Positions 9,936-17,655 of a stretch of 64,000 nt of DNA are shown here, one piece after another. The notes beneath the pieces were generated by a model. It was not told the origin of the DNA and did not search any database. It saw nothing but the letters and a program-made list of their open reading frames with translations. Each line of letters begins with the position of its first letter. Position 1 is the stretch's first letter. This stretch comes from an uncultured Chloroflexia bacterium (lineage in GTDB: Bacteria > Chloroflexota > Limnocylindria > QHBO01). The stretch spans positions 197,842 through 261,841 of the forward strand of contig CAWHEV010000006.1 in the NCBI GenBank assembly GCA_963828485.1, in the 5' to 3' direction. The position numbers and the translations under genes are program-made.

Positions 9936-10674
9936 CGAAGTCCTCGTCGCGCTGCACGACGTAGCCGGGCGGCACGCGCAGCTCGGGCTCCGCGCCGAAG
10001 GCGAGGTAGATGGTCCGCATCGGTCCCGCGATCTCGAGCCGGGCAGCGCCCACCCAATCCACCAGCACGCGGCGCGTCGGCGCGATGCTCTCGTACGGCC
10101 CGCGATGGATGACCGATGCGACCCGGACCGCGGGCAGCCGCTGATAGCTGATCTCCTCGGTCTCGGGGAACGGGCCCGTCACCGGGACGAAGATCTCGCG
10201 GAGCTGAGGGATGGCGCCGGGCGGACGTGCGGCGCGACGTCCCGCGTCGCGGACGTGCGACTCGAGGGCATGGAATGCCCGATCCACGCGCTCTCCGACG
10301 CGCATGACGGCCACCGGCTCGGCCGCGATCGGCCGCAGCACGACGTCGAACGGCGCCTCCGCCGCGATCGTGATCTCGAGTGCGGCAAGGCGCTCCTCGG
10401 CCCTGGCTCGCTCCAGCTCGAGCTCGGCGCGACGGCGCTCGAGGGCGGCACGCAGGTCGCCCCCGGCAACGGTTGCGCCGATCTCGTCGAGTCCCATGCC
10501 CAGCTCGCGCAGGGCAAGGATCCGTCGCAGCTCCGGCAGCTGGGCTGGCGAATAGCGCCGATAGCCGCTGTCCGGGTCCACCCATGCCGGCCGGAACAGG
10601 CCGATCGCGTCGTACGCGCGCAGCTGCTTGGCGCTGATGCCCCCGAGCCGGGCGAAGCCTCCGATGGTGAGCAT
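9847..10674 (-). CDS. MerR family regulator with GyrI-like effector domain
   Basis: MLTIGGFARLGGISAKQLRAYD..GL..P..VDPDSGYRRY, HRGPYE, TELQLP; exact 3' end uncertain. Confidence 0.9.
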   Translation of the reverse strand: MLTIGGFARLGGISAKQLRAYDAIGLFRPAWVDPDSGYRRYSPAQLPELRRILALRELGMGLDEIGATVAGGDLRAALERRRAELELERARAEERLAALEITIAAEAPFDVVLRPIAAEPVAVMRVGERVDRAFHALESHVRDAGRRAARPPGAIPQLREIFVPVTGPFPETEEISYQRLPAVRVASVIHRGPYESIAPTRRVLVDWVGAARLEIAGPMRTIYLAFGAEPELRVPPGYVVQRDEDFVTELQLPVAEPPRRPSARGRPRDSGPRRR

Positions 10675-10685
10675 GAACTTGGTGC

Positions 10686-10716
10686 TTGACCTTCCCTTTG
10701 AGGGAAGGTTGATGAT
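10686..10716 (+). promoter_or_regulatory. MerR-type promoter/operator for the LLM gene
   Basis: -35 TTGACC, 19-bp spacer, -10 GATGAT; palindrome ACCTTCCCT-ttg-AGGGAAGGT over the spacer. Confidence 0.85.
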
Positions 10717-10723
10717 AGCGTGC

Positions 10724-11530
10724 ATGAGACCGATTCGCATTGCCGCCCAGCTCCATCCGCAGCACGGGACGTGGCCCGAGCTGCGCCGTGCCGCCATCGA
10801 GGCCGACGCCATCGGATACGACATCCTCTACACCTGGGATCACTTCAGCCCGCTGTACGGCGAGCGCGACGGCCCGCACTTCGAGTGCTGGTCGCTGCTG
10901 GCGGCCTGGGCCGAGTGCACCTCGCGGGTCGAGCTCGGGCCCCTCGTGGCCTGCAACTCGTACCGCAACCCGAACCTGACCGCAGACATCGCGCGAACCA
11001 TCGACCACATCAGCGGCGGGCGCGTGATCATGGGCCTCGGCGCCGGGTGGTTCGAGCGCGACTACGAGCGGTATGGGTACGACTTCACGACGCGCGGCCG
11101 CCGGATCCGGGCGCTGGGCCGTGCGGTCCCGGAGATCATCGACCGCCTGACGAGCCTGAATCCCCCGCCCCTGCGTCGCATGCCGGTCCTCATCGCCGGG
11201 ACCGGTCGCACGCTGACGTTGCCCATCGTCGCCCGCCACGCCGATGCCTGGCACGCGGCCTTCCCCGAACGGCCGTCGGAGGTGGAGCCGGCGGTGGAGG
11301 CGCTGCTGCGCCATTGCGCCGACATCGGCCGCGACCCATCCGAGATCGAGTGGAGCGTCGGGGTCGAGCCGGACGACCTCGATCGGTTCGTGCGCGAGGA
11401 CGCGGCCACCTATATCGAAATGGGCTTCACCCAGTTCACGCTCGGCTTCAACGGGCCGGACTGGGACGTCTCGAGCGGCGCCGGGTTCCTCTCCTGGCGC
11501 GATGAGGTCAACGCAGCCCGAGCCGCCTGA
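10724..11530 (+). CDS. LLM-class (probably F420-dependent) oxidoreductase
   Basis: TWDHF, FECWSLLAAWA, CNSYRNP, TIDHISGGR, GLGAGWFERDY. Confidence 0.9.
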   Translation: MRPIRIAAQLHPQHGTWPELRRAAIEADAIGYDILYTWDHFSPLYGERDGPHFECWSLLAAWAECTSRVELGPLVACNSYRNPNLTADIARTIDHISGGRVIMGLGAGWFERDYERYGYDFTTRGRRIRALGRAVPEIIDRLTSLNPPPLRRMPVLIAGTGRTLTLPIVARHADAWHAAFPERPSEVEPAVEALLRHCADIGRDPSEIEWSVGVEPDDLDRFVREDAATYIEMGFTQFTLGFNGPDWDVSSGAGFLSWRDEVNAARAA

Positions 11531-12890
11531 CCACCTTCGAGACGGACCTGCGAGCCCTGCCCCTCGTGGGCTTCGTCGGTGCGGCGGGCTGTTTCTTGGC
11601 TGCCCGCCGAGCCTGAACGTCGACCTCCCCCTGCAGCTCGCCGATCCGACCGTCGGCCCAGGAGAGCTGCGAGCGCAGCCATCGTGCCGACTCGGCGGCG
11701 TCGGGGCCGGCGTGCACCTCGGAGTCAGCTTGGCGCCTCTCCGGCTCGATGGGTGCGCCGGGCTGGATCCGAGAGGGAAGCCCGTTGCCGATCAGGTAGG
11801 CGGCGAACCGGTCGAAGCGGTCGGCGTACTGGGCGTTGAACACGCCGAAGTCGGCATCGGCCAGGATCGCTTCAACGGAGGGTGGCGCGTCCAGGTTCCG
11901 CAGGTCGACATACGGCACCCCGAAGTGCGTCGCCATCTCGTGGATCCGGGTGTCGTTGACCAGGTAGATCGACGGCAGACCGTTGGCCAGCCCGACCGTC
12001 GTGCCGTGGAAGCGCATCCCGAACACCAGGTCATGCCGGCCGACGCGCCTCTCCCAGTCGCCGATCGAGCTCGGGCACTCGGCCGACTCGATCAGCTCTT
12101 CGATGATCGGATCGTCGTCGCCATCGGCGAACCCGCCGCGAGTCAGGGCGCGCCTGAGCGTGTCGTAGTGCTCCTCCAGGCGATACGCCGCGATGAACTC
12201 CGGCCTCTCACCCTGGCAGATGGTCGAGACGCCATCGAACAGGCGCTTCAGCTGAATGAAGAAGTCCCGCTGCATTCGGATGATGAGCAGATGATCCGAG
12301 CCGTAGATGCCCGCCATGTCGCGATTCAGGTTGTAGGCGACCGATCCCCGCTGGTCGGGGTCGAAGTCGATCGTCAGATCGCGGTTCATGGCGCGGAAGA
12401 AGGACGGGCACCCGACCGGCTCCACGTTGTCGACGCCGAGGCTCCTCAGTATCTCCGCCGTGTACTCGCCCCGGGCGCCGACGACCGTCGAATGCTCGCC
12501 GAGGATCCTGAGCGCGCGGATCGTCCCCTCCGGAAGGTCGAGGCTCCCGTACTGCGGCACCTGGGCGCCGATCCCCATCACCGTGACGGGCAGGCCGAGC
12601 CGCTCGATCAGCTCGCCCATGCTCGTGAGGTCGAGGTTGGGGCGGATGTAGTTCGACCCTCGGATGATGAGGTGATCGGCCTCCGGCAGGGGCCCCTCGT
12701 TGGGCTCCGCGTACTGGATGTTGGCCACGAACTCGACATCGACGAGCCTGAGCATCGAGTCGATGACCACGTAGTCGCCGAAGTTCGCAGCGCGACGCTG
12801 GAGGTAGGTCGCCGGGGCCGCCGGGTCGAACGGGAGCTGGACGTCGCCGTCCACCGGCCGGCGCGGCGTCTGTAGGGTGAGGACTCGCAT
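11508..12890 (-). CDS. Polysaccharide pyruvyl transferase family protein
   Basis: NFGD, MGIGAQ, GARGEYT, VGCPS, GMRFHG, DTRIHEM; coiled-coil-like C-terminus. Confidence 0.8.
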   Translation of the reverse strand: MRVLTLQTPRRPVDGDVQLPFDPAAPATYLQRRAANFGDYVVIDSMLRLVDVEFVANIQYAEPNEGPLPEADHLIIRGSNYIRPNLDLTSMGELIERLGLPVTVMGIGAQVPQYGSLDLPEGTIRALRILGEHSTVVGARGEYTAEILRSLGVDNVEPVGCPSFFRAMNRDLTIDFDPDQRGSVAYNLNRDMAGIYGSDHLLIIRMQRDFFIQLKRLFDGVSTICQGERPEFIAAYRLEEHYDTLRRALTRGGFADGDDDPIIEELIESAECPSSIGDWERRVGRHDLVFGMRFHGTTVGLANGLPSIYLVNDTRIHEMATHFGVPYVDLRNLDAPPSVEAILADADFGVFNAQYADRFDRFAAYLIGNGLPSRIQPGAPIEPERRQADSEVHAGPDAAESARWLRSQLSWADGRIGELQGEVDVQARRAAKKQPAAPTKPTRGRARRSVSKVVRRLGLR

Positions 12891-12983
12891 GTCCGTCCGA
12901 TCCTAGCGGGCGGCGGTCATCGGCGAGTCCGAGGGGTCCGGGTCGGCGGCGCAGGCTCGTGGAGTCGTCGGCGCTTGCGCCGT

Positions 12984-13103
12984 GCGGGACTAACGGCCAA
13001 GAAGCCCGTCCCGCAGGGCACGATGTGCCCGAAACGTGCCCTGAGGCGGGCGCGGCAGCCAACGTGGGCCCCTGCATCGGCCGAACGTGGCCGTTAGTCC
13101 CAC
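12984..13103. repeat. 120-bp MITE/REP-like element, copy 2
   Basis: GCGGGACTAACGGCCA ... TGGCCGTTAGTCCCAC, same length as copy 1. Confidence 0.85.
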
Positions 13104-13119
13104 GCCATGCAAGTCCAGC

Positions 13120-14346
13120 CTACGAAGGTGCGCCCGACTCGAGTGGCGCCGGATCCGGATCGCCGGCAAGGAGCCGCGGCGCGAGCAGCCCGATGGCAAC
13201 GAGCAGCGCGGCGCCCATGAGCGGCGCACCGATGCGCTTGATCTCGGCCGTGTCCATGATCAGCCCGACCATGAAGACCGCCAGCCCCAGGTTGATGCCC
13301 CAGAAGATGATGTGCGACACCCAGGCGGGCGCCGACCCCGGCCGGAGCACCAGCAGGCTGAGCAGCCCCACCACGATGTTCGTCAGGACGCCGATGTAGA
13401 CCGCGTGATCGCTGGCCAGGAGGATGTTGAGCGGCAGCGCGTTCGGGTCGTTCGGGTTGGCGATGACCTGGGACACGAGGTACATGAACAGCACGAGGGC
13501 CAGCACGGTCCAGACCGATGCCAGCGCGAAGTGTCGTGCCGGATCCGCCGAGAGCCATGGCGCCCGCAGCGCTCTGGGCCAGATGCGTGCGACGAAGAGC
13601 ACCACCGCGACCACCTGGGTGAGCAGGTAGATGCCGCCGCCCGCCTCCTCGGCCCCGGCGAGCAGGGCGACCGAGATGACGAGCCCGCCGACGAAGAGGG
13701 CGCCCATCTGGATCAGCCCGAGCACCGGCAGATCGCGCGTGCCGCGCACCCGCCACTCGATGATGCCCATGGCGCTGAGCGCGATGTAGCCGAAGGTCAT
13801 CGCCGAAGCGTGCGCCCCGACCTGGTCACCGGGCAGGATCGTCACGTCCATCGCAAGCGCGATCTGGATCAGCACGCCGATGACGGCTCCGTACGCGAAC
13901 GAGGTGAGGCCGAGCGCGAGCGCCAGGCGCGGCAGTGTCCGCTCGCCGCCCAGGAACTGACCCCACACCCAGACCACGAGCCAGGCGATCGTGAGCAGCA
14001 GGGCTGTGCCGCTGACGGCGCGGAAGACCAGGTTGCCGGTGAAGAAGGCGAGCACGTAGACCGGCACCAGCACCGCGAGCGCGAGCATCAGTCGCCGATC
14101 CGCGGCCTGGTAGAGCATGAACGCCGATGCGACGATCGTGAGCGATAGCCATCCCACTGTGCCCGAGTGCACGTGGGTCAGGAGCGCGTTGCGATCGAAA
14201 TCGACCAGGTCGGCCCCGTTGAGGATGCCGATCGCGATGGTGACGACGAAGACGGCCATCGCCACGAGATAGAGGTCGCGGGCGCTTCTCGCCCATCCCG
14301 GCGAACCGGGTGCAGCTGGGGCAGCGGTCTGAGCGGTCGCGGTCAT
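13120..14346 (-). CDS. Polytopic membrane protein (about 12 TM) with three His-bearing helices
   Basis: 408 aa, hydrophobic; THVHSGTVGW, GAHASAMTFGY, SDHAVYIG. Confidence 0.75.
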   Translation of the reverse strand: MTATAQTAAPAAPGSPGWARSARDLYLVAMAVFVVTIAIGILNGADLVDFDRNALLTHVHSGTVGWLSLTIVASAFMLYQAADRRLMLALAVLVPVYVLAFFTGNLVFRAVSGTALLLTIAWLVVWVWGQFLGGERTLPRLALALGLTSFAYGAVIGVLIQIALAMDVTILPGDQVGAHASAMTFGYIALSAMGIIEWRVRGTRDLPVLGLIQMGALFVGGLVISVALLAGAEEAGGGIYLLTQVVAVVLFVARIWPRALRAPWLSADPARHFALASVWTVLALVLFMYLVSQVIANPNDPNALPLNILLASDHAVYIGVLTNIVVGLLSLLVLRPGSAPAWVSHIIFWGINLGLAVFMVGLIMDTAEIKRIGAPLMGAALLVAIGLLAPRLLAGDPDPAPLESGAPS

Positions 14347-14394
14347 CGAATCACCTCCCCAAACGTTGACGCGCGCAGCCTACACGGAGACGGG

Positions 14395-14423
14395 TTGACG
14401 CCACGCTCGTTCACCGATACCTT
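14395..14423 (+). promoter_or_regulatory. Sigma70-type promoter
   Basis: TTGACG-N17-TACCTT upstream of the regulator at 14461. Confidence 0.65.
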
Positions 14424-14460
14424 AGCGTTCAACACTTCCTGAATGATGGAGTCTGGCTGA

Positions 14461-15069
14461 ATGCCGAGGCGACCGCGATCCCCGGTCTCGCCGATAGAGC
14501 TCATCATCGACGACGTCGAGAAGCTCCGGGTCATCTCGGATCCTCTGCGCATCAAGATCCTCGAGCACGCCAGCGAGGACCTGCCGAAGGGGTTCACGGC
14601 CAAGGAGCTGGCGGCCAGGCTCGGCACCAGCCAGACAAAGCTGTACCACCACCTCAACCTGATGGAGGAGCACGGCTTCCTGCGAGTGGCCGAGACCCGC
14701 ATGGTCTCGGGCATCCAGGAGCGGCGCTACACGGCGACCGCCCACTCCTTCCGGGTCGACCGCTCCCTGTTCAACCCGGGCGCAGGCGAAGCCGCCATCG
14801 CGGATGTCCTCGACGCGATGTTCGAGAGCGCCCGAGCCGACATCGTGGCCGCCGTCCACGCTGGCCTGATCGACATGCAGGCCGAGCCGCATCGGCGTCG
14901 CATGGCGCTCACGCTCACGCAGGCACGGCTCAGTCCGGCGAGCGTTCGCAAGGTGATGCGCCAGATCGAGCGCCTGGTCGAGGTCGACGATCTCGACGAC
15001 CCCGACGGCAAATCGTACGGCCTCATCGTCGGCTTCTATCCCCGCGCCGATGAGGGCCCCGAGTCATGA
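14461..15069 (+). CDS. ArsR-like winged-helix regulator
   Basis: SDPLRIKIL, TAKELAARLG, LYHHLNLMEEHGFLRVAETR.V.GIQERRY. Confidence 0.9.
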   Translation: MPRRPRSPVSPIELIIDDVEKLRVISDPLRIKILEHASEDLPKGFTAKELAARLGTSQTKLYHHLNLMEEHGFLRVAETRMVSGIQERRYTATAHSFRVDRSLFNPGAGEAAIADVLDAMFESARADIVAAVHAGLIDMQAEPHRRRMALTLTQARLSPASVRKVMRQIERLVEVDDLDDPDGKSYGLIVGFYPRADEGPES

Positions 15070-16340
15070 CCGACCAGCCGGCGCCGATGGGCGTCCGCGA
15101 CGTGCTGCGCATTCGCGACTTCCGCTACCTGTTCGGCGGCCAGGTGGTCTCGGACATCGGGGACGGGATCACGATGCTGCTCGTCCTCCTCGTCATCAAC
15201 GACCTGACCGGGTCGACGGCGGCGCTGGCCCTGATGGCGATCGCCGAGGCGGTGCCGGCCTTCACCGTCGGCCTCTTCGCCGGCGTGTACGTCGACCGGT
15301 GGGACCGGCGCCGGGTCATGATGGCCGCCGACCTGCTGCGGGCGGTGATCGTGCTGGCCTTCGCGCTGGTGCAGACCCCGGCACTCGTGCCGCTGCTGTA
15401 CGTCCTGGGATTCACCCAGGCGTCGGTTGCAACGTTCTTCCGGCCGGCTCGCGCAGCGCTCATGCCGCACGTGGTTCCGGCCGCCGGGTTGCCCGCGGCC
15501 AACGGGCTGGCCCAGGCCTCGCAGGTCATCGGCTCGCTGGTGGGGGCCGGCCTGGCGGGCGTGATCTTCGCAACGTTCGGGTCCGGGGCCGCCGGCTTCG
15601 CGATCGACGCGGCCACGTTCGTGATCTCGTTCCTCTTCATCGTCCGCATCTCGCGCTCGGCGGGCAGGATCGACCCGGCGGCGGTGGCGGCCAACGTCCG
15701 CCAGGGCGTCGGCTCGTCAGTCCTCGAGGGCCTGCGCATCGTGCGCGGGTCGCGGATCCTCGCCGGGATCGTCATGTCGATCACGGTGACGATGCTCGGG
15801 CTCGGCGCTGTCAACGTGCTCTTCGTGCCGCTGATCGTGAACGACCTCGAGGTCTCGCCGAGCTGGATGGCCGGGATCGAGGCCGCGCAGACGGCCGGCA
15901 TGATCGCCGCCGCCACACTCGTGGCCGTCCTCGTGCGGCGCCTCGCGCCGACCACGATCATCACGCTCGGGCTGGCGGGGATCGGCGTCTGCATCGGCTT
16001 CATGGCAGGCGTCAACGCCGTGTGGCAGGTGCTCCTGATCCTGCTCGTCGTCGGCTTCTGCGTGACGCCGCTCCAGGCGATGGTCCAGACCCTCGTCCAG
16101 ACGGCGGCCGGCGACGCGACCCGCGGGCGCGTGGTGTCCGTCGTGCAGGCCTCGATGTCGACGGCCAGCGTCGCCTCCATGGCCATCGGCGGCGTGCTGG
16201 GCGATCTCCTCGGCGTGCGTTCCGTCTTCCTGGCGGCAGGAGGCTTCGTCCTGTTGGCCGCGGCTCTGTCGTGGGTTATGTTCCGCGGCGCGGCTGCGCA
16301 GTCTCAAGCCGCCGGAGCGAGCGTGACGGAACCTGCCTGA
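15066..16340 (+). CDS. MFS transporter (DHA3/MFS_3-like)
   Basis: GVYVDRWDRRRVM, FFRPARAAL, RGRV; about 12 TM. Confidence 0.92.
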   Translation: MTDQPAPMGVRDVLRIRDFRYLFGGQVVSDIGDGITMLLVLLVINDLTGSTAALALMAIAEAVPAFTVGLFAGVYVDRWDRRRVMMAADLLRAVIVLAFALVQTPALVPLLYVLGFTQASVATFFRPARAALMPHVVPAAGLPAANGLAQASQVIGSLVGAGLAGVIFATFGSGAAGFAIDAATFVISFLFIVRISRSAGRIDPAAVAANVRQGVGSSVLEGLRIVRGSRILAGIVMSITVTMLGLGAVNVLFVPLIVNDLEVSPSWMAGIEAAQTAGMIAAATLVAVLVRRLAPTTIITLGLAGIGVCIGFMAGVNAVWQVLLILLVVGFCVTPLQAMVQTLVQTAAGDATRGRVVSVVQASMSTASVASMAIGGVLGDLLGVRSVFLAAGGFVLLAAALSWVMFRGAAAQSQAAGASVTEPA

Positions 16341-16380
16341 TGTCGCGCGGCGCGCGAGAGGCCAGCGCGATTTGCGCCGG

Positions 16381-16501
16381 GTGGGACTAACGGGCACGTT
16401 CAACGACATTCCAGCGCCAACGTGGCCGAAACGTGCCGCCAGATCGCACATCCTGAACAACTTGAGGCCGCATTAGGTCGCTACTTGGCGGTTGGTCCCA
16501 C
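16381..16501. repeat. 120-bp MITE/REP-like element, copy 3 (degenerate)
   Basis: GTGGGACTAACGGGCA ... TGGCGGTTGGTCCCAC, with internal gtggccgaaacgtgcc. Confidence 0.7.
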
Positions 16502-16621
16502 TGGACGAATGAGTGCTTCGGACTGCCTGGCGGCGATTGAACAACGCACGACGCGGCGTATGACGATCGTGGTGCTGGGTCGCGTCCGGGCTGCCGGTGA
16601 TGCTTGCCATGCGACCACCAA

Positions 16622-17440
16622 TCAGGGGACGGTGTAGAGCACCGTGTCGCTGCGTGCCGCCACGAAGCTGCCGAGGGTCGTGGCGCGCACGGCGTCGATC
16701 CGCAGCTGGTACGTCGCGCCGGAGTGGAGCGCGTCGGTCTCGACCGATGTGACTCGTGGATCGGAGACCTCAGACAGGACCTCCCCCGGCGCTGTCCCCG
16801 TCCCGACCATCACGCGATACACGCTGAAGCACTCCGGAATTCCCGCAAACGATGACCATGCGATGCGCGTCGTGCCGTTCCCGGCCGGCTCGACCAGCGG
16901 CTCGCCCAGATCGAGGCGCTGCTCGATCGTGGCCATTCGCACCGGCGAGGCGCTCACCACGTCGCCGAGGGTGTCGTAGGCAACGACCCGGTAGCTCCAC
17001 TCGCGCTCCGAGGGCAGGATGCTGGCATCCACCGCCGAGGTCACGAACGGGTCGGTGGCGTACGTCTCCCCCCAGTCGACCGCCGGCGCGATGGGCGGAT
17101 AGTCGGTCGCGATCTCGTTCTCCGGGCTGCGCAGCGCGGTGTAGTGGTGGAAGTTGTGATGTGTGCTCGGGGTCCACTCCAGCACGGCGCCGCCGGGACA
17201 GCCCGTTGCGGTGAGACCCATGAGAGCTGGATCGGGCAGGGGCGTCCCGTTCGGGCTGGCGTTCGCGCTCGGGGCTCCGGACGCCGGCGGGCTCTGGTCG
17301 GCGCTTGACGTCGTCGATGGGAACGGCGACGGCGTGAACGTCTCGGAGTTGGCGATGTCGCGCGCGAGCTGGCAGCCGGACATGAGCAACGCGGTCACGC
17401 TGACGGCCGCGATGCCGATGAGGGCCTGCCGCTGAACCAT
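16622..17440 (-). CDS. Predicted lipoprotein with FN3-like beta-sandwich domains
   Basis: MVQRQALIG...LLMSGC lipobox, S/P-rich linker, LEWTP...YRVVAYD; TACGGT -10 seven nt before ATG. Confidence 0.7.
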   Translation of the reverse strand: MVQRQALIGIAAVSVTALLMSGCQLARDIANSETFTPSPFPSTTSSADQSPPASGAPSANASPNGTPLPDPALMGLTATGCPGGAVLEWTPSTHHNFHHYTALRSPENEIATDYPPIAPAVDWGETYATDPFVTSAVDASILPSEREWSYRVVAYDTLGDVVSASPVRMATIEQRLDLGEPLVEPAGNGTTRIAWSSFAGIPECFSVYRVMVGTGTAPGEVLSEVSDPRVTSVETDALHSGATYQLRIDAVRATTLGSFVAARSDTVLYTVP

Positions 17441-17655
17441 TGCGGCGACCGTAGCACGCCCGCCGCCGCGTGGCCCGTGCGCACCACCGGCTCGACGCCG
17501 GTGGTGTCGCTCATGTGGGGTCCGGTGCGGTCCGCGTGGGGCGAGCGCGCGCTTCCTCGGTTGACGCCTTGTGCCGCGTGCGCCAGCATCCGCCCGACAG
17601 ACGGAGGCGTTGACGCGCGGCCCCCTAACCCGGTTGCCTGGGGCGCGCCGAGCCA

